A stretch of 64,000 nt of DNA from contig CAWFOU010000001.1 of NCBI GenBank assembly GCA_963817525.1, positions 992,001-1,056,000 on the forward strand, read 5' to 3'. How positions within the stretch are numbered: position 1 is the first letter of the stretch; the number at the start of each line of letters is the position of its first letter. Origin of the DNA: an uncultured archaeon (lineage in GTDB: Archaea; Thermoproteota; Nitrososphaeria; Nitrososphaerales; Gagatemarchaeaceae). Positions 38,110-46,380 of the stretch are shown here, one piece after another. A model generated the notes under the pieces. It was not told where the DNA came from. It made no database searches and was given only the letters and a program-made list of their open reading frames with translations. The position numbers and the translations under genes are program-made.

Positions 38110-38876
38110 GGCTTGAAACCCCTCCTCTTGACGGCGTAGACGCAGCCGGGCGACCCGGCCTTCGGGTTCAACCTCTCTAGGCGCAAGGTCCCTCCGTCTC
38201 TCGCCTTGATCGCTCCCGTGAGCATGCCCTTTGTGAATGAGCAGACGAGGCTGCCGTACTCCTTGTTCTCGAAGCACTCTGTGCAGGTCAGCCTCGGCTC
38301 CTCTCCCCTCCTGACCGAGGCGGTGACCTTAGCGAAGCCCTCCGCCGCGAGGTACTCCGAGAGCTCTCCCAGCCCGCTCCGCACGGTGGCGAACTTCAGG
38401 GAGGAGGCTATGAGCCCGTCGCCGACGCGCCGGCCAAAGTCCTCGAAGATGCCGTCGTCCATTGAGTCGGACTCCGCCAGGAGCCTGAAGAGGTGATAGA
38501 GGAATATCTCCATCTCGTCCGCCGCCTTCCTCTTGGGCTCGAGGTGCAGGCTCATCAGCAGCCTCTCGAACCACTCGTCCAGCTTGGTGAGGGAACCCGC
38601 CCGGTCGTCCTTCCGCCTGGCTAGGGTCAGGGCTCCCTGCTTGAGCGCGTAGGTCTTGCTGTAGATCCCTCCCCGGATGCTGGTGATGTCTGTGATCTCT
38701 ATCATGTCGCGCCGGATGAGAGCCTTGGTGTGGTAGGAGACGGTGGCCTTGGACACGCCGAGGGCCTTTGCGATCTCCGTCGCTGTCCCCGGGCGTCGGG
38801 CCAAGAACGACAGGATGCCGTCCCTCACCCAGCCCTTCGAGGGGGAGCCCCCGCCGTCCACAAGAAGCTGGTTCAA
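38106..38876 (-). CDS. ArsR-type HTH regulator with C-terminal V4R domain
   Basis: TATEIAKALGVSKATVSYH and ECFE..VCSFTKGMLTG..C. Confidence 0.85.
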   Translation of the reverse strand: MNQLLVDGGGSPSKGWVRDGILSFLARRPGTATEIAKALGVSKATVSYHTKALIRRDMIEITDITSIRGGIYSKTYALKQGALTLARRKDDRAGSLTKLDEWFERLLMSLHLEPKRKAADEMEIFLYHLFRLLAESDSMDDGIFEDFGRRVGDGLIASSLKFATVRSGLGELSEYLAAEGFAKVTASVRRGEEPRLTCTECFENKEYGSLVCSFTKGMLTGAIKARDGGTLRLERLNPKAGSPGCVYAVKRRGFKP

Positions 38877-38995
38877 GCGCCCGGCCTGCCTCTCAATCTT
38901 CTGGTTCAGATAATTCTAACTGAGACACCTCTATAAAGGCTCGGCCGCGAAGCGCTCGAGTGGGTTTGGCCGGGGACGAGGGCGGCGCCGGACGG

Positions 38996-39511
38996 ATGCT
39001 CCGCATCGGCGACGCGGGGCCCAAGGGGAAGGGCGTCTTCGCGGCGAGACGGATAGAGGTTGGCGAGCTCGTCTGGGACTATGCTGGAGAGGAGAGATGG
39101 ATAAGCGACATCCCGAAGAGGCTCTGGAGGTTCTGCTTCCAGGTCGACTACGACAGGTACGTCGTCCCGGAGAATGGATCGGCGGGCTGGTTCATGAACC
39201 ACTCGTGCGAGCCGAATTGCGTGATAATGGGGAGGACCAGGGTGGTCGCCCTCCGGCGGATAGAGGCGGGGGAGGAGGTCACCTTCGACTACTCCACCAA
39301 CGTCGGGTGGGCGGGCTTCGCGATGAGGTGCAAGTGCGGCTCGAAGGCATGCAGGAAGGTCGTGAGGAGCTACGCGTTTCTGCCCGCCGAGCTCAAGGGG
39401 CACTACGGGGCGTGCGTCTCGGCGTTCCTTCTGGGTCCGCGCCCAAAGGCGGCGGGCCGCGGTCCACGGAAGGGCGTCGCGAGCAGGCCTACCCGGTCGT
39501 CGCGAGGCTGA
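38996..39511 (+). CDS. SET-domain protein-lysine methyltransferase with post-SET Zn motif
   Basis: KGKGVFA, FMNHSCEPN, EVTFDY and CKCGSKACR. Confidence 0.9.
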   Translation: MLRIGDAGPKGKGVFAARRIEVGELVWDYAGEERWISDIPKRLWRFCFQVDYDRYVVPENGSAGWFMNHSCEPNCVIMGRTRVVALRRIEAGEEVTFDYSTNVGWAGFAMRCKCGSKACRKVVRSYAFLPAELKGHYGACVSAFLLGPRPKAAGRGPRKGVASRPTRSSRG

Positions 39512-40382
39512 AGCCCTTCGCCAGGTAGCGGCGCACCAGAAGGATCAGCGCGAAGGCCGGGACGAAGGCCAGCGAGCCGGCCGCGTTGATCGCGTCCCAG
39601 TCGGCCGACTGGATGCCGCCGAACGCCTCCCCGACGCCCGACCACACCCCGAGGCTCACGGTCTTCGTGGCTGCCCCGGTCAGGAGGCTGGCCATGAGGA
39701 ACTCGTTCCAGATGAGGACGAAGGCGAAGATGACCGTCGCCGCTATCCCCACGGCCACCGATGGGAGGGCGATCCTCCAGAAGATCTGCCTCTCGGACGC
39801 GCCGGAGGTCTCGGCCGCCTCATAGACGCTCGCGGGGATCTCCCTGAAGAACCCGCTCAGCATCCAGACGACGACAGGGACGTCTATCACGAGGTAAGCC
39901 AGGCTCATCCCGAGGTAGGTGTCGAAGAGCCCTATCCGGATGTAGGTCAGGTAGAGGGGCAGCACGATGGCGAAGGGCGAGACGGTCCGGAGAGCCAGGA
40001 GGAGGAACCCCATGGCGCTCATCCCCCTCAGCTTCGACCTCGCGAGCGCGTACCCGGCGGGGACTCCCGCGGCAAGCGCGATGGCGATGCTCAGGAACGC
40101 GATCGTGCTCGAGTTGAAGACGAGCCTGGGAAAGTTCCCCCATTCCAGGGCGTCGCGGATGTTGGCGAGGGTCGGGAAGAAGCCGCCGCTGTAGTAGGGG
40201 ACGCCCGACACAAAGTCGATCCCCTTCCCCGACCAGAGCGGCCCGAGGTCGATGTCGAGGCCCTCGAAGGCCATCGTCATTATCGGCCAGAACGAGAAGA
40301 GCGTGGCGAGGAGGAGGCCCAAGTACACCGGAAGCCGGCGGAGGACCCACGGCCTGCGCTTGGGAGCCCAGCCTTGGGTCAT
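39489..40382 (-). CDS. Carbohydrate ABC transporter permease (MalG-like)
   Basis: IPASVYEAAETSGAS (EAA loop) and IWNEF; ATG overlaps the upstream stop. Confidence 0.9.
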   Translation of the reverse strand: MTQGWAPKRRPWVLRRLPVYLGLLLATLFSFWPIMTMAFEGLDIDLGPLWSGKGIDFVSGVPYYSGGFFPTLANIRDALEWGNFPRLVFNSSTIAFLSIAIALAAGVPAGYALARSKLRGMSAMGFLLLALRTVSPFAIVLPLYLTYIRIGLFDTYLGMSLAYLVIDVPVVVWMLSGFFREIPASVYEAAETSGASERQIFWRIALPSVAVGIAATVIFAFVLIWNEFLMASLLTGAATKTVSLGVWSGVGEAFGGIQSADWDAINAAGSLAFVPAFALILLVRRYLAKGFSLATTG

Positions 40383-41251
40383 ATCTTCCTCAGCTCCCTC
40401 ATCACGCGGAAGAGGAGGATGGCGGCCAGCAGGGTCACGACCAGGAGGACGAGGGCCGCGGCGGAGATGAGCGGTATGGGTATCACCCCCGACGGAGGCT
40501 CCAGGAGGAGCTTGAACAGGTAGAGGCTGAGCGTGTCGGTCGGCGCCCCGGGATACAGGTATCCGAGCCACCCCGACCAGGCGAAGGGGATCTCGAACGC
40601 CCGCATCGCGTCGACGAAGCGGATGATTATCATGAAGTGCATGACCGGAGAGTTCAGGATCGCCGGGAGGCCGATGGTCCTGAAGGTCCTCCATTTCGAC
40701 GCCCCGAAGACCTCGGAGGCCTCGTTAATCTGCTTCGGCACCGAGGCGAGGATGCTCAGCGCGACGAGCATCATCATGGGCCCCCACTCCCACGAGTCGG
40801 AGAGGACCATGATGAAGAAGTAGAGGTGGTTGCTCGCGACGTTGAAGTAGGGTTGGTGCAAGATGTAGTGCCAGAAGGTGTTGATGTCGTCCCAAAAGCC
40901 GCTAGGGGCGAAGGCGACGCCCGCGATGATAGGGGCCGCGGCGAGGGGCATCAGGAAGACTGCCTCGAAGAACCCGCGGCCCCTCCTGACCAGGGTCAGG
41001 AGGTAGGCGAAGAGGACGCCGAGGACAATCGAGAGGATGGTGCTCCCGGCGGAGTAGAGGACGGAGGTCGAGAGCGCGTCCCAAAAGTCGGCCTGCGAGA
41101 AGAGCTGTTCGTAGTTCGAGAGGCCCACGAACGCGCCTCCGAGGCTGTAGTCGGTGACGCTGAGGTAGACGCTGTAGGCCAGCGGGTAGACCTCGACGAG
41201 GCCGAGCACTGCGATGAGCGGGACGATCAGGAAGTATGCGTTTCTATCCAG
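40379..41251 (-). CDS. Carbohydrate ABC transporter permease (MalF-like)
   Basis: FVGLSNY and EASEVFGASKW. The first TM extends upstream of the track start to CTG at 41251. Confidence 0.88.
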   Translation of the reverse strand: MDRNAYFLIVPLIAVLGLVEVYPLAYSVYLSVTDYSLGGAFVGLSNYEQLFSQADFWDALSTSVLYSAGSTILSIVLGVLFAYLLTLVRRGRGFFEAVFLMPLAAAPIIAGVAFAPSGFWDDINTFWHYILHQPYFNVASNHLYFFIMVLSDSWEWGPMMMLVALSILASVPKQINEASEVFGASKWRTFRTIGLPAILNSPVMHFMIIIRFVDAMRAFEIPFAWSGWLGYLYPGAPTDTLSLYLFKLLLEPPSGVIPIPLISAAALVLLVVTLLAAILLFRVMRELRKI

Positions 41252-41485
41252 GAACGAGCGACCTCATGGGGCCTGCGCCGGTGCGAGCCCCCTTGTCAGA
41301 GAGGCGACAGGCCTTTCGAGGCTCGCGCGGCTGGACGACCCGCGCGGTTGGAGAACGGGAAAGCGCAACTGCGGAAGGCCCAACGATGCATCCCCCACTG
41401 CCGACGATTTCTGCGCCCCTTAAAACCATCTGGGTGCACCGGCGAGTTGGTGGGAGACTGACGGCGGCACGGGAACGCGACTTAA

Positions 41486-42226
41486 ATGTCGGCTGTTGCT
41501 CGCAGGCCCGAAGGGCAGCCTTCTGGTGAGAGCGAGTTGGGACGAGCCACGGTAGGCATTCAGGGATCGACGCGTACGCGGGCTAAGGTATTCGTCTGCG
41601 TCCTCGCGGCGCTCTTCGTCTTGGGGACGACGTCAAGGGCGTTCGGCGAGGTCACGGACTCCTCTGGAAACGTGGTCTACGTGTTCGGGTCGAACGTCTC
41701 CGAGAACCAGAGCAACTACACCCTGTATTATACGACGCCGACCGTCATCCGGGCGGGCGTGAGCACCAACATGACGTTCTTCGTCTACGTCACCGAGCTC
41801 TCCGGGTGGAAGATACAGAGCCAGACGCAGATACTGGAGATCACTATCAACACCCCGACTACGCAGGTGATAACCGAGAAGGCGCAGAACGCCGTGACCC
41901 TCTACCAGGGAGGCCGATGGGGGCCTTTCAACATGACCTTTGACCTCAACGACAGCCAGATCGGGCTCCGTCCTGGGCAGTCAACCAACGCGACGATCTA
42001 CGCAAATCTGGTGGTCTACGAGGCATACGACAACCCGGCGTCCCCGTTCGTCTCGCCCAGCGGCTACACCCTGACGCTGGCCAACGTGCAGGTCTACTCG
42101 ACGCCCTCCGGCCAAGTTCCAACATCAGACCGCCTGCTCGCGTCTTTAGGGGTGGGAGCGGGCGTCGTGGCGGCGCTGGTCGGGGTCGCCGTGATGACCA
42201 GGAAGAAGGAAGTTCAGGTGTCCTGA
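41486..42226 (+). CDS. Secreted beta-rich protein with C-terminal TM anchor
   Basis: Signal-like segment, several N-x-S/T sequons, C-terminal TM plus RKK. Confidence 0.72.
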   Translation: MSAVARRPEGQPSGESELGRATVGIQGSTRTRAKVFVCVLAALFVLGTTSRAFGEVTDSSGNVVYVFGSNVSENQSNYTLYYTTPTVIRAGVSTNMTFFVYVTELSGWKIQSQTQILEITINTPTTQVITEKAQNAVTLYQGGRWGPFNMTFDLNDSQIGLRPGQSTNATIYANLVVYEAYDNPASPFVSPSGYTLTLANVQVYSTPSGQVPTSDRLLASLGVGAGVVAALVGVAVMTRKKEVQVS

Positions 42227-42265
42227 CCGACCCTTGCGGCGGTCGGCTCCGGGCCCTTGTCTCGG

Positions 42266-42736
42266 CTAGCCGCCCTGGTTGTATCCGCCCGCGATGACCT
42301 GGCACGCAGAGGCGGGTGAGGAGCACTGGTGCGTGTACGGGTCGCAGCTGTTGTCACCGCTACAGCCCGCGTCGAACACGCAGTTGTAGCAGGTCTTCCA
42401 CGGCTCTTGCGTCGGGCCGACTCCGTTACCGCAGGTCTCCTGGAGGAGCGTGCAAAGGGAGGGGCTCGTCCCCGTGGGGCACGCAAAGCTGGGGGCGTTC
42501 GACCCCTTCGCGGGGACCGAGTAGCTGGTCCCGTTGTATACGACGGTGACGCGGTTCTCGCCCAGGACCTGGTTCGCTATGACCTGTCCCTGCCCGCCGG
42601 CGCCGGAGGTGTTCGTCGTCCCAGCCTTCAAGGTGGGGGGGAGCGTGTAAAAGTACACCGCCAATCCGCCGACGATGACCAACGCTATTACTAACGCAAC
42701 TAGTGACGCCTTGAGAATCGCGGCGGTTCTCTTCAT
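42266..42736 (-). CDS. Membrane-anchored Cys-rich small protein
   Basis: N-terminal TM, 9 Cys in the C-terminal ~70 aa, ends in GG. Confidence 0.75.
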   Translation of the reverse strand: MKRTAAILKASLVALVIALVIVGGLAVYFYTLPPTLKAGTTNTSGAGGQGQVIANQVLGENRVTVVYNGTSYSVPAKGSNAPSFACPTGTSPSLCTLLQETCGNGVGPTQEPWKTCYNCVFDAGCSGDNSCDPYTHQCSSPASACQVIAGGYNQGG

Positions 42737-42938
42737 GCCGGAACCCGTAGGGTCTTCGCGCCCACGCCCGTATTAGAACTTTGAGTCGCCCCCTGGGCAA
42801 TCCGGCGTTGGGGGGAGGCTAGCGGCACGCGGGTCGTCCTCCCGAGAGAGGTCTTAAATCGGACCCGGTCTCGCCCAGTTCTAGTGACGAGTGGGAGGCG
42901 ACGAATCTCCCGGTGGCTCTCAACAAAACGGTGGACAC

Positions 42939-44417
42939 ATGAATAGACGCGACTTTCTGAGGACGGGTGCCATCTTGGGCGCCGGCGCTGCTGCCGCGGC
43001 GGTGGCCTACGTGGGCTTGAGCCCCAGGGGGAGGACGGGCATCCTCAGTTCGATCGGGTCTAACGCCACCTCGCAGCTGGGGATCCAAGGGCGCCTTAGC
43101 GACCCCTCAGTCCCCACCGAATACAAGGAGCTCCTCACCTGGCTGCAGTCCGTCTCCGGGCCCTACAAGGGGGTCAAGGTCGAGATAAACCTCCAGGACG
43201 AGCCTGATTATCGGGCTCTGCAGGGCCTCGACGTCGACTTCTTCTCAGCGTCGGGGATAAACTCCCAGTACAATCTCAATCCCTACATCCTCAACCTCGA
43301 GCAGACGAGGCTCGCCGTCCAGACCGCGTCGCCGGCCATAGACATCATCGACTTCGACGCCATCGACATACCCTCGTTCGACCAATACCTCCTCTCTCCG
43401 AAGGTCCTGGCGGAGACGTACCCCGACGTCACCTATCCGGGACTGGACCTGGACGACTTCATGCAGACGCCCATGAACCTCATCGCCACGTACCCGCCCG
43501 TCCTCCCTGACGCGCCCACGCCCCCTGGCGAGCTGTTCTGCCTCCCCTTCAACACGCCCGTGATGATAAGATATTACCGGACCGACGTCTACGGCTCGCT
43601 AAACCTGCCCCAACCCGTAACGTGGGACGACTACTTCAGCCAGGTGCAGACCATCGGGACGTCCACCGACATCTACGGCATTGTGAGCCAGGCGTCGACC
43701 AGCACCCCCATCTTCCACGAGTTCACCAACCACCTCTACAGCTTCGGGGGGAGCTTCTGGGACATCGACGGCGAAAGCATCACCCCGACGGTCAACTCCC
43801 CCGCGAACGTCGAGGCCCTGGAGAACTTTGCCCGATTCTACCCCTACACCCTTCCGTCGTCGATAACCTTCACGTGGGACGACTGCGTCGAGGCGATGGC
43901 CCACGGCCAGGCCGCGAACGCCATAACCTTCGAGGACGACTCGGTCTTGATATACGACCCCCTAAGGTCGATCGAGCAGAACAACACGTCCTATTCTGTG
44001 AACCCTGCCGGCCCCAGCGGGGCGTACTCCACCTACATAGGCGACGGGATCGGGATCTCCAAGTTCTCGAGGAACCCCGAAGCCGCATGGCTCTGGCTCC
44101 AGTGGGCGACGGCCGCGGGGACGCAGATGATGCTCGTCGCGGACAACGAGACGAGGTACGTCCCGAGCCGCACGTCCGTTACCAATTCGTCGTTCGTCCA
44201 GGGGATAATCGCCGCGCCGGACTACTACCCCGTCCGTCTCTCGCAGCAGATACTCGCCTCTGGGCAGATAGGGCACATCCCGGCGTTCAAGGGCTCGGAC
44301 GACGCCGCGGACACGATAGCCGCGCAGCTCTTCAACGCCTACACGGGCGCGTCGTCCGCCCAGGCCGCCCTCGACGCCGCCCAGGCTCAGCTCGAGGCCA
44401 ACATCTACACCTTCTAG
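42939..44417 (+). CDS. Tat-exported ABC solute-binding protein (family 1, sugar type)
   Basis: MNRRDFLR, YYRTD, PVTWDD and SRNPEAAWLWLQW. Confidence 0.9.
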   Translation: MNRRDFLRTGAILGAGAAAAAVAYVGLSPRGRTGILSSIGSNATSQLGIQGRLSDPSVPTEYKELLTWLQSVSGPYKGVKVEINLQDEPDYRALQGLDVDFFSASGINSQYNLNPYILNLEQTRLAVQTASPAIDIIDFDAIDIPSFDQYLLSPKVLAETYPDVTYPGLDLDDFMQTPMNLIATYPPVLPDAPTPPGELFCLPFNTPVMIRYYRTDVYGSLNLPQPVTWDDYFSQVQTIGTSTDIYGIVSQASTSTPIFHEFTNHLYSFGGSFWDIDGESITPTVNSPANVEALENFARFYPYTLPSSITFTWDDCVEAMAHGQAANAITFEDDSVLIYDPLRSIEQNNTSYSVNPAGPSGAYSTYIGDGIGISKFSRNPEAAWLWLQWATAAGTQMMLVADNETRYVPSRTSVTNSSFVQGIIAAPDYYPVRLSQQILASGQIGHIPAFKGSDDAADTIAAQLFNAYTGASSAQAALDAAQAQLEANIYTF

Positions 44418-44518
44418 TCGGGCGAGCCCGACGCCCAACAAGTATAGAAAACTCTTGAATGCGTCGGTTTGCAGGGCTCGAGACAGCCATTGAGTAGATA
44501 TCGTGGGGCGAGGGTCTG

Positions 44519-45460
44519 ATGGTGGGCACCCACCTCGCCGAGACGACCTCGAAGGTCACAGGGTACATGATGGGAGCCGTCAAGAGAATCGTCCCGGCTT
44601 CGGCCCAGCCCGGGGCGGCGAGGGTCTTCGACCGGACAACCAACCTCTTCGAGAGCGCTGTGGGCTGGAGGGAAGAGCTCACCCCACCGCTCAGGATCCG
44701 CCTCCACATCGGCCCGTTCCTCGACCCGCGGCTCTACAGATTCGCGGGGGAGAGGAACGTCGCAGGCTTCAGGGAGCTGGCTGGCCTCAAGCCAGACGCC
44801 GCGTTCCTCGACATCGCCTGCGGGTGCGGCAGGGTGGCGCGCGCCCTCACCGAGTACTTCGGCCCAGGCGCCAAGTACGAGGGGTTCGACGCAGCCAAGA
44901 AGCCCGTGGCGTGGGCGCAGAGCGTCATCACCCCGAAGTTCCCGAACTTCCACTTCAGGACCATCGACACCTTCAACAAGAGGTACAACCCCTCCGGCAA
45001 GACCGGCGCGGCCGACCTGATCTTCCCCTACGAGGATAACGCCTTCGACTTTGCGTTCGCCGGCTCGCTCTACACGCATATGCTCCCGGAGGAGGTCGCG
45101 AACTTCGTCGCGGAGACGAAGCGGGTCCTGAAGCCCGGAGGGACCACCTTCGCCACCTACTGCCTCCTCAACGAGAGGACGCTCCCCATAGCGGACGAGG
45201 GAAGGAGCATGCCCCGCCTGGTCTACAAGTATGGGGACTGCAGGGTGAGGAGCCTAAAGGACCCGGCCCACTTCATCGCGCACCCAGAGGCCTGGGTGAG
45301 GGACCTTTACGCCAAGGCCGGCCTCTCGATCGTGGAGCCCATCGAGAGGGGCACATGGGCGGAGACGACCCAGTCCTCGAGCGAGCTCGAGAAGTATCGC
45401 CTCGGAGGAAGCCCCAGCAAGAAGGCGAGCCAAGACGCTGTCATAGCGGTCAAGCGCTGA
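44519..45460 (+). CDS. Class I SAM-dependent methyltransferase
   Basis: FLDIACGCGRVA, SLYTHM and RVLKPGG. Confidence 0.88.
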   Translation: MVGTHLAETTSKVTGYMMGAVKRIVPASAQPGAARVFDRTTNLFESAVGWREELTPPLRIRLHIGPFLDPRLYRFAGERNVAGFRELAGLKPDAAFLDIACGCGRVARALTEYFGPGAKYEGFDAAKKPVAWAQSVITPKFPNFHFRTIDTFNKRYNPSGKTGAADLIFPYEDNAFDFAFAGSLYTHMLPEEVANFVAETKRVLKPGGTTFATYCLLNERTLPIADEGRSMPRLVYKYGDCRVRSLKDPAHFIAHPEAWVRDLYAKAGLSIVEPIERGTWAETTQSSSELEKYRLGGSPSKKASQDAVIAVKR

Positions 45461-45470
45461 AGGCGAGCCG

Positions 45471-46337
45471 ATGGAGACCCGCGCCACCCAGATGATGACG
45501 AAACAGTTCGGCAAGACGGGAAGGGCCGTGACCGAGATAGGCATGGGGACCTACTACGACAAGCCGTGGATACGGGTGGCTAAGCATGGGGTCGCGCTCG
45601 GAGCCTCCAGGAAGATCAAAGCGATTCGCGCCGGCCTGGAGAGAGGGATTAACCTCATCGACACCGCGGAGGCGTATTTCTCCGAGCCCTTCGTCGCCAA
45701 GGCCATCAAGGGGAGAAAGAGGGACGAGCTTTTCATCGCGACAAAGGTCTGGCTGGACCACCTCCATCGCGACGACCTCGTGATGGCCCTCGACAGGAGC
45801 CTCCGGAGGATGGAGCTCACCTACGTCGACCTCTACCAGATACACTTCCCGAACAGCAGCGTCCCGATCGCCGAGACGATGGGTGCGATGGAGGAAATGA
45901 TTGAGAAGGGGAAGATACGCGCCATCGGCGTGAGCAACTTCTCGCTCGCGCAGATGACAGAGGCGAACTCTGCGCTGAGAAAGTCGCAGCTGGCGGCGAG
46001 CCAGGTCAATTACAGCCTGGTCCACAGGAAGGTGGAGAGGGACATCATCCCCTACTGCCAGCAGAACGGGCTCGCAGTGCTCGCATACTACCCCCTAGGC
46101 CACGGGACCCTGGCGAAGCCGAGCCCCAAGTTGGACGCCATCTGCCGGAGGAACTCCAAGACAGCGGCGCAGGTCGCTCTGAACTGGCTGGTCTCAAAGC
46201 CCAACGTCTTCGCGATACCTCGCGCCTCGCGCTCCAACCACGTGGTGGAGGACCTCGGCGGCAGCGGCTGGCGGCTCAGCGAGGGCGAGATTGCGGAACT
46301 CGAAACTGCGTTCCCCATAGATGGAACAGGTCAGTAG
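45471..46337 (+). CDS. Aldo/keto reductase
   Basis: IDTAEAY, IATKV, DLYQIHFP and IGVSNF. Confidence 0.93.
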   Translation: METRATQMMTKQFGKTGRAVTEIGMGTYYDKPWIRVAKHGVALGASRKIKAIRAGLERGINLIDTAEAYFSEPFVAKAIKGRKRDELFIATKVWLDHLHRDDLVMALDRSLRRMELTYVDLYQIHFPNSSVPIAETMGAMEEMIEKGKIRAIGVSNFSLAQMTEANSALRKSQLAASQVNYSLVHRKVERDIIPYCQQNGLAVLAYYPLGHGTLAKPSPKLDAICRRNSKTAAQVALNWLVSKPNVFAIPRASRSNHVVEDLGGSGWRLSEGEIAELETAFPIDGTGQ

Positions 46338-46380
46338 GCCCCAGCCCCGCGAGCCGTTCCTAATCTCTTTGCGCTAGCCG

